From: Planctomycetota bacterium
GTDB lineage: Bacteria > Planctomycetota > GCA-002687715 > CAIWVZ01
DNA: 64,000 bases
NCBI GenBank assembly: GCA_044222185.1
Contig: JBGANV010000011.1
Coordinates: forward strand, 96,001-160,000
Direction of reading: 5' to 3'
Shown here: positions 29,954 to 39,844 of the stretch, piece after piece
Numbering within the stretch: position 1 is the stretch's first letter
Layout: each line of letters opens with the position of its first letter
The notes under the pieces: model-generated
Seen by the model: the letters and a program-made list of their open reading frames with translations, nothing else
Database searches by the model: none
What the model was told of the DNA's origin: nothing
Program-made: the position numbers and the translations under genes

Positions 29954-30093
29954 GGCACGGACACGTCGAAGTCGCCTGAGCCAGTGCGCCGCGAGCAGCG
30001 CGCAAGTCCCCGGACGCAGGATTTCGCCCGCCGAATCGCGATTCGAGCCCGGTTTCAGCCCGATGTCGTCGCTGAGACGGGCCGAGCCGCGCG
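29954..30093. repeat. Copy 1 of a diverged 140-bp direct repeat (DUF4338 3' remnant) with palindrome CGAATCGCGATTCG
   Basis: Aligns at offset 2395 with 32349-32488; exact shared block CCGAATCGCGATTCGAGCCCG. Confidence 0.8.
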
Positions 30094-30294
30094 ACACGGA
30101 TGGACCGTCCGCCGCGAGGTGGATGAGTCCGCGGTGCTTTGCGCAGCGTCCGAGCGATCAGCCCGCGATGCGAACGCCCAGGAGGCCCGGAGTCACCTCT
30201 GGGTGTCGTGCGTAACGGGATGCGCGTGCGCCGTCCGATCGGAGGAGTCAGCGGCGGACACGAATGACGCCCGCCGGTCGGCTCCGCACGCCGA

Positions 30295-31950
30295 TCACGG
30301 CGCGAACGAGAGCGCGAGCCCGTTGGAGACCAGCGGCGGCGAAGCCGCAGGGAACATGGCGCCCTGCAGCCAGAACGTAGCTCCGACGAGGCCGGGCTGC
30401 CGAAGGTCGACGAGGGTGCTGGCGACGCCCGTCGCCGGAATGGCGATCGGGATCGCCAGGAAGTGTCCCGGAAGCAGGTCGACGACCACGGGCACGCCAG
30501 CGACGGTCGTGGCCGACGGCGCGATGCTCGCGACCAGCACACCCGGTCCTGCGGAAGCACCGGACAAAATGACGGCCCCGGAGGATCCCTGGGTGTGGTT
30601 CCACGCAAGCGTGAGCGGATACGGCCCCGAGGCCTGACCGAAGACGTCGGCAACCGCGAGGCCGCCGATGCGAATGCTGCCCCCCGCGAATCCCGCTTCC
30701 AGGCTCGAGCAGATGCCCACCTCCGGGAATCCATCTCCGTTCTGATCACCGAGCCCCGCCACCGCGAGCCCCACCTGGCCAAGGGGCGTCGATCCGACGT
30801 AGCTCGCGAGCAAGGCTCCGGTCCCGGAATACACCGCGACGCGCCCGACGCCCGGGACGATCGGAGCGAGGGCCGAGTAGCCGGGTGCTCCGACGACGAG
30901 GTCCGGGATCCCGTCCCCGTTCAGGTCACCGGCTCCTGCGATCGAGAGGCCGAACTGGGCGCCGAACTGGGGACCACTCAACGTGGTCATCAATCCGCCG
31001 GTCGACCCCGAGAAGATGAAAACGCCGTTTTGGAGGATCGCGCCCGAAGCGAAGTCCGCGATGCCATCGCCGTTGGCGTCACCGATCGTGGTGAGCGAGA
31101 ACCCGAGCCCGCCGTTGATCAAGAAGGCCGGATTCAAGCCGGTCAGGCTGATCGTGTAGAGGACCGCTCCACTCGCACCGGAGAAGGCGCGCACATACCC
31201 CCCGGAGATCGGAGGTGTGATCGGCGTGTTGTCGGTCACGAGCGTGAGCTCGGGCGCGCCCGCTGCGAGGTCCTCGACGCCGTCACCATCGACGTCGCCG
31301 AGCCGCGTCACCGAGCTGCCGAGGAAGTCCGGCGCGCCCACCCCGACGATCGTGCGGATCGTCGACCCGGTCGCGCCTGAAATCACTCGCACGTAGCCAG
31401 TCGCGACCATGGAGCTCAGCTGCAGGGTGTCTCCTTGCGGAGCGCCGGCGACGAGGTCGCCCACACCGTCGCCGTCGACGTCGCCGATCGCGCACAACGA
31501 CCACCCGAACAAGTCGCCCGTGCTCGATCCGACGATGGTGCGCAGGACCGCACCGCTCGCGCCCGAATACACGTACACGACGCCGGCGTGGTACGGCGCG
31601 CTCGAAGGCAGATAGGGCATCCCGACTGCATAGTCCGCGACGCCATCCCCGTCCACGTCGGACAGGCCCGCGATCGCCTTCACCTTCGCGTCGGTGGAAT
31701 TGGGAACGATCGTGGTCGAGCGGATGACGGCGCCGTTCGAACCGGACACGACGAGTATCCCCGCCTGACCGGGCGCCGTCCTGACCGCGCCGACGACGAG
31801 GTCCGGAAGGCCGTCGGCATTCACGTCACCTACGCGGGCGACCGCCGAGGGGCGAGGCCAGACGGCCGAGGTCTGGCCGAAGGTGAGCCGTGTATGGAGC
31901 TGACCCCATGCCGGAGCGACCACGAGCAGCGCGATGGCGAGGAGTTTCAT
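30295..31950 (-). CDS. FG-GAP / integrin-alpha-like beta-propeller exported protein with C-terminal module (type B)
   Basis: Seven GD(V/L/A/Q)[ND]GDG..D...GAP-type repeats; signal MKLLAIALLVVAPAWG|Q; tail GLVGATFWLQG..F...VSNGLAL. Confidence 0.9.
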   Translation of the reverse strand: MKLLAIALLVVAPAWGQLHTRLTFGQTSAVWPRPSAVARVGDVNADGLPDLVVGAVRTAPGQAGILVVSGSNGAVIRSTTIVPNSTDAKVKAIAGLSDVDGDGVADYAVGMPYLPSSAPYHAGVVYVYSGASGAVLRTIVGSSTGDLFGWSLCAIGDVDGDGVGDLVAGAPQGDTLQLSSMVATGYVRVISGATGSTIRTIVGVGAPDFLGSSVTRLGDVDGDGVEDLAAGAPELTLVTDNTPITPPISGGYVRAFSGASGAVLYTISLTGLNPAFLINGGLGFSLTTIGDANGDGIADFASGAILQNGVFIFSGSTGGLMTTLSGPQFGAQFGLSIAGAGDLNGDGIPDLVVGAPGYSALAPIVPGVGRVAVYSGTGALLASYVGSTPLGQVGLAVAGLGDQNGDGFPEVGICSSLEAGFAGGSIRIGGLAVADVFGQASGPYPLTLAWNHTQGSSGAVILSGASAGPGVLVASIAPSATTVAGVPVVVDLLPGHFLAIPIAIPATGVASTLVDLRQPGLVGATFWLQGAMFPAASPPLVSNGLALSFAP

Positions 31951-32305
31951 GGCCAGGCCCAAGCAAATCCGATTCCGCAGGTTTTCCCCGAGGAGAACCC
32001 CGTGGACCAACGGGCGCACCTGCGCTCCCGTCACCGCCCGGTAGCGATCTCTCGAGGGGCGTCGCGCCAGACGACACACGCTCGCGGGGGCCTTTCGCTC
32101 CCGTTTCGAGAATGCCGCGAACACGGGTACACGGCTTCGTGCGCGGCGCGGGCGGAGACGAGGGCGTTACTCGCGAAGGGAGAGGAGACGAACCCCTGGC
32201 GCCGAAACGAGCTGCCCCAGAGGCCGGGCGGGATCTGGTGGCTCGAGGCGCCCTCGTCGGGCGCGAGGCCGGGGAACTGAAGCATGCTGCCCGATCCGCC
32301 AGGAA

Positions 32306-33082
32306 TCAGGATCTCCCGCGAGAGGTGCATGCGGGTCGAGGCTGGTGCGGCACGAACACGTCGAGGTGGCCTGAGCCTGGGCGCCGTGAGCGGCGCGCAG
32401 GTGCCCGGGCGCGGAGATCCGTCCACCGAATCGCGATTCGAGCCCGCGTTCGATCGGATTTCGTGTCTGAGAGGCGCCGAGCCGCGCGTGACGCGAGGTT
32501 CGGCGCGAGGTCGTTCGGCCCCGGGAGCACGAGGACGCGCGTGTCGTTCGCCACGGGGTGGAGACGGTGATGCCGCGTCGGTGAATCCCGTCCGATCCAG
32601 CCATTCCGAGGCGAGTCTTGGAGTGCGGCGCCCGACCACACCGGAAGCGCGACCGGCCTTCGGCTGAGGGATGCGACATGAAACACCGACTCGCCGGGCG
32701 AATTGCGGAATCCAAGATAGTGGTGGCGGTCCATCAGCGAACGGGATCTCTCGTGTCCGGCCATCTCGAGGGCGCCGACGATGAACGTCGTGTCCTCCGG
32801 CCCGCGGATCTCGAACGCTCCCACCAGCCGATCACCCGGACGGATTGGCGTAGCCTGTCGGCGCCGCCGTGGTGGCGAAAGTTGGATCAGTCCACGCCGC
32901 TCGAGCCCTCGAAGCACGTGAGCACACGACTCGACGGCAGGCGCGCCTGTTCGTCGCCGCCATCCGAACAGCTCGCACCCGCGCCGCGCGATCTCCTTGC
33001 GCCGATGATCGGCTGCATGCCGGACGATCCGGCGGATCTGAGAGACCGCGTTCGGTCCAAGCGTCGTGCCGCGATACGTCAC
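32306..33082 (-). pseudogene. Degenerate DUF4338 (DruA-like, IS-associated) gene
   Basis: CELFGWR..G....SC...L..LE..GLIQL, HHYLGF, WSGAAL, GWIG, RLHPVANDTRVLVLP, NLASRAARRL resemble eroded DUF4338 motifs; the 3' GTC motif is in another frame. Confidence 0.7.
32349..32488. repeat. Copy 2 of the diverged 140-bp direct repeat
   Basis: See copy 1; palindrome at 32427-32440. Confidence 0.8.
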
Positions 33083-33327
33083 CCGCTCGGAGTCCGCGTG
33101 CGTCCGGTGCTTTCCGATCCCGACGACGGGACGAAGCCAAAGCCCTATCGGAAGCGCTCGGGGGAAACTACGAGATGAGCCGCCGTCGGCTCGATCTCCC
33201 GACCTTGGCGGAGTCGTGCCCCGGAGGGCATAACCGGGCGCTTCCGGCAGGTTTCGCCTGGAGCCGAATTGCAGACTATGCTTCGGTCGAGTCCCCCATC
33301 CGTCCGCCGATTCGACCGGAGATCTCC

Positions 33328-33699
33328 ATGAACCGTCCCACGGCTCTGTTCGGTGCCACGCTGCTCACCTGCGCCGTCTTCGCGTTTCCCATGCAGGACT
33401 CCAAACCGGTGACGCGTCCCGATGACTCGGCCAAGAAGATCGAGTCGCTCGCGAAGGCGCTGGATGCGGAGAAGCGACATTCGGCCGACCTGGAACGGCG
33501 GATCGATCGCCTCGAATCCGCCATGGTTTCGCTGCGCACGGCCGCCGAGCGGCTCGACTCCGCCGCCAACGACGCCCGCAAGAACGGGTTCGAACAGGCG
33601 GGTCCGAATCCGCTCGCCCACACGAACCTGCTGGACGGGCTGAAAGGGTTTGCCGCGCTGATCACGAGCCCGACCGCCGAGCCCACGCCGCCGCGGTGA
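33328..33699 (+). CDS. Small exported coiled-coil hypothetical protein
   Basis: RBS GGAG; hydrophobic N-terminus; heptad-like region IESLAKALDAEK..LERRIDRLE. Confidence 0.7.
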   Translation: MNRPTALFGATLLTCAVFAFPMQDSKPVTRPDDSAKKIESLAKALDAEKRHSADLERRIDRLESAMVSLRTAAERLDSAANDARKNGFEQAGPNPLAHTNLLDGLKGFAALITSPTAEPTPPR

Positions 33700-35821
33700 G
33701 GACGCACGCGACCCAGTAGGGCGGGAGCGTCACCGCCTCGGGATTCCGCAGACGCACACGCACCATCGCTGGGTGGTGAAGCGTCGCCTTCGCGTCGAGC
33801 GTCATGTCCGCGAGGTTGGACGAGTTCCACCTTCCGCCGTCGGGCCCACGCACGGAGACACTGAGCGGATCCGCGCCGACCGTCGCGAGCCGCGCGACCC
33901 CGCGCTCATCGGTCCGCGCGCGGGCAGGCCCCATCTTGGCCGCACGCTGCATGAACGTGATGGTCGCATCCGGGATCGGCTTCCCGGTCTCGTCGGTCAC
34001 CACGACGCGTCGCACCGTGGTCTTCCCCCGCAAATCCAGGGGCCCGAGTTCGGTCGGCACGATGGAAGCGCCGCGAATCACATCAAGGCCCTCGACTTTG
34101 CAGACCTCGACGTCCGAGACGAGAACCGTGACCGTGGCTTTCCCAGGCGGAAGCGGGGTGACGGCGAACCGCCCGTTCACGGGAGCGACAGAGATTCGGT
34201 TCGCCCGGAAGGTCTCGAGCATCGATTCACCGCTCCAGCCTGGGGCCGCGCGGTCCGGCGTGACGTCCCGTTCGAACTCCCCCGTGACTTCGACTCGGAT
34301 GCTCCCAATGGGAACGCCTTCGTCGACGAGGATCTCGCCCCGGATCTCCGCTCCGCGCAGCACGATCAGTTGCACGTCGCGTCGACCTGCGGTGAACGGT
34401 CGGCCGCCGGGCTGGTAGAACCCTCGTCGCGATGCCACGAGCCGGAGCTCGCCTGACGGCAATACGCCGCGGATCGTGAATCGGCCGTCCATGCCTGACA
34501 CCGCTTCCAGACCCGCCACCGGCACCCAGTTGGTGAACGCCATCTCCTTCACGCGGTCGGTCGCCTCGGTGAACTCGATGCCGAACATCGTCCGACGGTT
34601 GCACTCGACGGTGATCATCGCGCCGGGGACCGGCGCGAGGTCGGAGTCGACGACCGACCCGCTCGCCACGACGGCTGCTGGCGGGATGCGAACGTCACCC
34701 ACGTCGTCGACGCCCGGTCGCAATCCGCGTGGGACGACGATCTCACCGCGTCGACGCCAAGTTCCCACGAGCGACGGTCCGACGCCGACCGCCACTCGCA
34801 CTTGAACCAACGGGTCCGGGTCGGCGAACTCCGGAATTCGGATCCGGGCTCGCCCCTCGGTGTCGAGCGCGATCGCGCGCCAGAGGCTGCCGCCGGTTGG
34901 CCTCGGTCGATGCGGATCGATGACGGCCGCCGACGGCTCGGTCACGACGTTCACGACGACGTGCGTGTTCGCCAGCGGCTTTCCGCTGGGCGCGAGGACA
35001 CGCAGCGCGAGGTCGACGTCCGCGCCGGCATCCGCGGGTGACAACGCGACATCCATCGATCTGGTGGCGTCGGCGTCCGCGGGGATCTGCACCTCGGCGA
35101 AACGCGGCCTCGTCTCCGTCTCCACCTGCGCCGCGACTCGCACGCGTTGCCCGGCGCCGACTCTCGAAAACCGCGCCACTCCGTCCTTCGCAGCCACGGT
35201 CGCGCCGCGCATGCCGATCGCTTCACTCGTCATCGCCGACGGCGCCTGCGCGAGACGCGCGACGCTCACGACGGCGGGCCGTGAATCGGTCCCACCCTTC
35301 GCGTCGACGATGCGGACGTGCAAGGGAACGGACGCCGGGCAGACCAGCGTCACGGGCTCCTTCGGGAGGTGGCCCATCTCGAAGCGCGTCGACCGTGCCT
35401 CGGGGATTGGCGCCCCGAGCCGGACCTCGACGGGAATCCTCTCGGCGCCGATCGCGCCCGCGAGCATCACGAGCGGCACGCCGCCGCGAATCAACTCGAG
35501 TGCGCACGTGCCCGTTGCGTCGCTGACGGCGGACACGACGAGCGGCTGCGCGGACCATGGCGACGTGCCGAATCTCGTCCCGAACACCGCCGGGACGAAC
35601 CGCTCGCCGAAGGGAAACACGGCGACGACGGGCACGCCCGCGAGCGGTCGGCCAGCCGCGTCGACGACCCGGACCGCCACGACGCGATCCCAGTCGAACG
35701 TGTCCGGGTCCTGGGCGACGGCATACGCCGAACACAGGAACGCCAAGAAGAGCCATCGCGCCGTCGTAGCTCGTCGGCATGAACCCTGACGACTCACGCC
35801 ATCGCTGGGCCGGCGCGTCAC
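33662..35821 (-). CDS. Exported protein with carboxypeptidase-regulatory-like beta-sandwich repeats
   Basis: Repeats VRVVDAAGRPLAGVPV, GSVVDSDLAPVPGA, VTDETGKPIPDA, TDERG; signal AYAVA|Q; 3' end overlaps the convergent gene by 38 nt and may be truncated. Confidence 0.78.
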   Translation of the reverse strand: MTRRPSDGVSRQGSCRRATTARWLFLAFLCSAYAVAQDPDTFDWDRVVAVRVVDAAGRPLAGVPVVAVFPFGERFVPAVFGTRFGTSPWSAQPLVVSAVSDATGTCALELIRGGVPLVMLAGAIGAERIPVEVRLGAPIPEARSTRFEMGHLPKEPVTLVCPASVPLHVRIVDAKGGTDSRPAVVSVARLAQAPSAMTSEAIGMRGATVAAKDGVARFSRVGAGQRVRVAAQVETETRPRFAEVQIPADADATRSMDVALSPADAGADVDLALRVLAPSGKPLANTHVVVNVVTEPSAAVIDPHRPRPTGGSLWRAIALDTEGRARIRIPEFADPDPLVQVRVAVGVGPSLVGTWRRRGEIVVPRGLRPGVDDVGDVRIPPAAVVASGSVVDSDLAPVPGAMITVECNRRTMFGIEFTEATDRVKEMAFTNWVPVAGLEAVSGMDGRFTIRGVLPSGELRLVASRRGFYQPGGRPFTAGRRDVQLIVLRGAEIRGEILVDEGVPIGSIRVEVTGEFERDVTPDRAAPGWSGESMLETFRANRISVAPVNGRFAVTPLPPGKATVTVLVSDVEVCKVEGLDVIRGASIVPTELGPLDLRGKTTVRRVVVTDETGKPIPDATITFMQRAAKMGPARARTDERGVARLATVGADPLSVSVRGPDGGRWNSSNLADMTLDAKATLHHPAMVRVRLRNPEAVTLPPYWVACVLTAAAWARRSGS

Positions 35822-37290
35822 AGCCAGCCTCGGAACGCGGTGTCGAGTTCCTCGAACGTTTCACCGAGTGACCGCTTCACGGTGACCGCAATGTCGTCTC
35901 GGTGACTCTCCGTCAGCCAGCTGAGGAACTTGTCCTTGCGCGTCTCGAGGAAGAACGCCATGGCCGCGATCGACATCGTGTCGTGCTCGGAAGTGAGCTG
36001 GTCGATCTTCGAGCGGAAGAGCGTCTCCATGTGCATGAGATCGCCGGCCCTCCTCGAACCACGCAGCAGGGCGCGAACCGAAGCGAGCGTGGCGCCCTCC
36101 GGTCCATGAACGTCGCCTCCGCGCGCGTAGCGATCCTGCGCTTTCAGCAGGACCCGCGCCTCTCCCAGCGTCGCAATCTCGCAGTGGAGGCCGGCCGCGC
36201 GGTGGAGCCAATAGGGCGCCCGACCGTGAGTGCTCGTGAGGAGGAACAGGCTTCGCGATCCCATGTCGTCGGCGATCATCGGCTGCGGCGACGTGTCCCG
36301 CTCCTCGGAGTAGAGGTTGCACAGCTCCTTGAACCCGATCCCCGCCAGCCCTTCCGAACGCCTCGTGCCGGGTCTCAGGCCGTGGATGTCCCCGCACTCG
36401 GCGATGAACCGGTGCATGTCGGCATCGTGCGGCACGGCGATGAGGCGCGCGATGGGCGTCAGGACGAGGTCTTCGGCCTTGGGGCCGAACGTCCTCCCGA
36501 ACCACTGCCGGCACTTCTGCTGGAAGTCGGCGAGCTTCTGCGCCTCCGCACGTGACCTGGTCGTGAACGCGACCGAGCCGCCGGAGCGCGCGATGGAGAG
36601 CTGCAGTCCGAGAGCCTCCTTGAGCCGCCGCGCGACGTCGATCTCCGGTTGGAAATCGGACGTGTACCATTCGCCGCCCCAGGCAAGCAGGCCGCGTGAC
36701 GTCATGACCTCGACCACGGTTCGCCAGCGGCGGTCCGGGTCGACCATCCAATCCTTCGGCGCTGCCCGGATCGCAGCCACATCGGCCTTGAGCGCCCATC
36801 CGTCGTCGATCCGAACGCGTCCCTCCTTCGTCATCACTGAGATCACCGCCTGGTCCGCCGCCGACTTGCCCGCATACCAGACACCGTCGACCTTCACGTG
36901 CCCGAGCACGGCACGGGCCGCCGCATGATCGGGGTTCCGCGCGACGATGCGCCGAGCGAGCCGCTTGCCGTCACTGGCGAGGAACGAGTCCTTCGCCGCC
37001 CACTCGGCGAGGCCCGCGAGCGCGTTCGCATCCGACGGATCGATCTTCGCCAGCCTCTCGGTCACGCGCGACGACATGGGCTTGCCGCGCGCGATCGCTT
37101 CCACGTCGGCCTTGACGAGTCTCCGCAGCTCGGCGTTCGGCGTGACGAGTTCGACCGACCCTTCCGTCTCGCTCACGACGTCGCCGAGGAGCGTCGAGCC
37201 GTCTTTCAGCTTCACCGTGTCCTGGCCGAGGCACAGGGCGACGCAGAGGATGAACGTTGCCATGCCGGCTATGCCTGGTGATCGCAGCAT
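35818..37290 (-). CDS. Exported hypothetical protein with degenerate peptidase-MA-like C-domain
   Basis: QDTVKLKDGSTLLG, PDHAAARAVLGH..DG.W; P.WL motif but no HExxH; start uncertain. Confidence 0.7.
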   Translation of the reverse strand: MLRSPGIAGMATFILCVALCLGQDTVKLKDGSTLLGDVVSETEGSVELVTPNAELRRLVKADVEAIARGKPMSSRVTERLAKIDPSDANALAGLAEWAAKDSFLASDGKRLARRIVARNPDHAAARAVLGHVKVDGVWYAGKSAADQAVISVMTKEGRVRIDDGWALKADVAAIRAAPKDWMVDPDRRWRTVVEVMTSRGLLAWGGEWYTSDFQPEIDVARRLKEALGLQLSIARSGGSVAFTTRSRAEAQKLADFQQKCRQWFGRTFGPKAEDLVLTPIARLIAVPHDADMHRFIAECGDIHGLRPGTRRSEGLAGIGFKELCNLYSEERDTSPQPMIADDMGSRSLFLLTSTHGRAPYWLHRAAGLHCEIATLGEARVLLKAQDRYARGGDVHGPEGATLASVRALLRGSRRAGDLMHMETLFRSKIDQLTSEHDTMSIAAMAFFLETRKDKFLSWLTESHRDDIAVTVKRSLGETFEELDTAFRGWL

Positions 37291-37430
37291 GAAGGGCTCC
37301 GTGCGAGACATCTTGCCCCAATCGTGGTCGGATCGCCAAACCGAGCGAGACGCCGTGGCACCGCCCCGCTTCCAATCGCGATGCCGTGGAGGCTCACTCG
37401 AGGCGCCGACGCGCGACCGCCGCCCCTGAC

Positions 37431-38285
37431 TCACCGCGACCGGATCTCGAACGGAGAGTCCTCCATGTGCTCGTCGTCGAGGTTCGGCCGACCGTCCCAT
37501 CCCGGAAGCCGAACCCGGATCCAGGCCTCGACTGGCTCCCAGTGGTCGGGCGGTTCGTCACGCATCGGGCGCGATTCGGCCGTCGCCATCGGCGCGCCAG
37601 CGCGGATGCGCAACACGCGATGCTCGCGGGTGAACACCCCATCCACTGCGCACCGGAAGGTGAGCTCGCCAGGAACCGCGACCACCACCGGCATCTCGGA
37701 GATCGTGGTGCGGAAGTTGCAGATCGGCCGCCGCACCTGGACTTCTCCGAACTCGACCCGGCACGCGACCGAATCCTCACGGATCGCACTCGGCGTGATG
37801 GTCACCCGCGGGCCGTCCTCGATCGTCTGGATCCTGGCCGCAAGAATGTGCCAGGAAGCCTGATGCCCTTCGACGTCGAAATCGAGCGACACAGGCTGGC
37901 GAGTGCGGGCATCCGCGACGACGCAGCGTCGCTCGTCGAGGAATTCGCGGGTCGCGATGAGCACGTCGTCGATCCGTGAGCAGATCAACGGACGCACCAC
38001 GTGTACGAACTCCAGATCCGTCGCCCAGCGGATCGTCGCCTCGTCGGTGACGCTGGTGCGTTGCGCGCGAAAGACGACGACCTCGACTTCCGCACGCGGA
38101 TGATCCGAGGCGGCTTCGGCCTCTGCGACGGACGACGTCGCTCGAGGCGCCATCTCGCAAGCCATGCCGCCGGCGAGCCACGTGAGAATCAGGACGAGCC
38201 ATGCAGCCGTACGCCTGTTGGATTCTCGTCCGCAGCGGCCGGTCGCAAGCCGCCGATCCGGCGCCACGGCGTCTCTCGCCGCCAT
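37431..38285 (-). CDS. Hypothetical protein, possible lipoprotein
   Basis: TGATG coupling with the upstream gene; hydrophobic stretch ending GGMAC; beta-rich body. Confidence 0.55.
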   Translation of the reverse strand: MAARDAVAPDRRLATGRCGRESNRRTAAWLVLILTWLAGGMACEMAPRATSSVAEAEAASDHPRAEVEVVVFRAQRTSVTDEATIRWATDLEFVHVVRPLICSRIDDVLIATREFLDERRCVVADARTRQPVSLDFDVEGHQASWHILAARIQTIEDGPRVTITPSAIREDSVACRVEFGEVQVRRPICNFRTTISEMPVVVAVPGELTFRCAVDGVFTREHRVLRIRAGAPMATAESRPMRDEPPDHWEPVEAWIRVRLPGWDGRPNLDDEHMEDSPFEIRSR

Positions 38286-38521
38286 CACCACCCGGCCCGC
38301 ACGGCGAGGATGAGCGCACCGATCACGGCCGCGCCGATCCCAAGCATCCACCAGAGGCTGCCCACGAAGTACGGGTACACCGTGAGCACGCACCCTGCGA
38401 TGAGCTGGGGCCAGCGGCGCTGCTTCTTGCCGTAGATGAACAACCCGAACCCGACGCTTCCGATCGCCAGCGAGGCGAACAGAAGCCACGTGAAGTCAGG
38501 TGAGTCAGTCGAGATCGGCAT
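38285..38521 (-). CDS. Small conserved membrane protein (FxYGKKQ...YPYF type)
   Basis: GFGLFIYGKKQ, LTVYPYFV, three hydrophobic segments. Confidence 0.8.
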   Translation of the reverse strand: MPISTDSPDFTWLLFASLAIGSVGFGLFIYGKKQRRWPQLIAGCVLTVYPYFVGSLWWMLGIGAAVIGALILAVRAGW

Positions 38522-38670
38522 GGAGTTCCTCGGTGGAACGAGAACGCCGCGAGCCACGCGGGCCCGCATCACGCGCCGCCGATCCTATCCGACTGTCCGC
38601 CGCGAGCGCCGGAACATCCGACCCCACCCGTTCCAAAGAGGGACAGCACGGCGCGGACCCGGACCCCACG

Positions 38671-39813
38671 TCAGAGGCCGGAGATCTCGCTCGTGATCGC
38701 CTGCTCGAGTTCGTCGGGCTTGAACCCGAATGGTCCGGGCGCGGATCGGTACGCGACGCGTCCCTCGCGGTCGATCAGCACCAGCCGATCCGGCCAGGCC
38801 TCGTACGCGCGATCGACCGAGTTCGCCATGTCGTCGACGAGTGCCGGGATGGGCTCGAGCGCGAGACGCGTCATGCACGACGCGGCGACCGCATGGCGCT
38901 CGGCGGCGGTGACGGGCTCTTCGACCATGGGCAGATCGGCGCTCGTCATCGGCCACGGCGAATCGATCGCGTGCGCCTCGCGAATGTAGACGACGAAGAA
39001 GCTGACCTCGCCGCGATGCTCTTCCCAGAGGTTCTTCAGCCGACCGGCTGATTCACGGAAGGGCGGTCAAGTGAAGCTCCCGAAGATCAGCGCGACGGGG
39101 CGTTTGCCGCGAAGGGATGAAAGGCGAACCGGCTCGCCACCGGCTTCGGGCGCGAGTTCGAAATCCGGAGCCATCTCGCGGTCTTCGGCTGCGATGGCGC
39201 CGACCGGCGGCTCGCGCCCCTCGGTCGCACGCTCGCGCGGGAGCATGATCCCGTCGCGGTTCACGTCGCGGCGATCGAACCCCGCGAGGGCTTCCTCGAC
39301 GGTGATCGCTCCGTCGTGATTCGCGTCGAGCGCCGCGAGGAGCGAGCCGAACGAATCGGTGGCGCCGGCACGCGGAGCGGCCGCGGCCGGACCCATGTCC
39401 GCCCGCGTGAGCTTGCCATCGTGGTCGCGGTCGGCGCGGAGGAAGCCCGTGGGCAGGTCCTCGCGCCTCAACTGCGCCGCGCCCGGATCGCCGAACATGC
39501 GGATGAGGAGGAACGGCGTGGCCAGCTCGGTGGGCATGATGACCGGCAGGTCGAAGTCGGCCGCCGTGATCGCGCCATCGCCGTCACGATCGAGCGCTCG
39601 GAACGCGTCGCTCCCGCGGTCGTACTCGTCGGCGCGGACCTGGCCGTCGCCGTTCCGGTCGTAGCGCTGCGCGAGGAAGCGCCAGGCCGGATCGCCGCTG
39701 GCCGAAGCCGCGGGAGCGACGGCCGGTGGTGTGGAGGTATAACCGGCCAGGATCACGAAAACCGCGACCACCGACCTGCGGTGCGGGATGCGGGCGAGTC
39801 TCATGCCGCGCAT
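38671..39813 (-). CDS. EF-hand + iodothyronine-deiodinase-like selenoprotein (UGA 39069-39067 read as Sec)
   Basis: ORFs 39067-39813 and 38671-38949 share a frame; read-through gives GKRPVALIFGSFT-U-PPF...FFVVYIREAHAIDSPW...LVDDMANSVDRAYEAWPDRL..ID..GRVAY...GPFGF; five DxxxDG EF-hand-like loops; start could be 39804. Confidence 0.88.
39036..39051 (-). promoter_or_regulatory. Candidate bacterial SECIS hairpin
   Basis: mRNA UGA-N15-UCAGCC-GGUC-GGCUGA: perfect 6-bp stem with a G-initiated 4-nt loop just 3' of the UGA. Confidence 0.7.
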
Positions 39814-39844
39814 CCTCGCATGGACACGAGGGCCGCGCGAGAAG

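Noticed and set aside
32306-33082. Functional Druantia defence system or active IS
   Set aside because: Only one eroded DUF4338 gene; no DruE helicase, DDE domain or terminal inverted repeats visible
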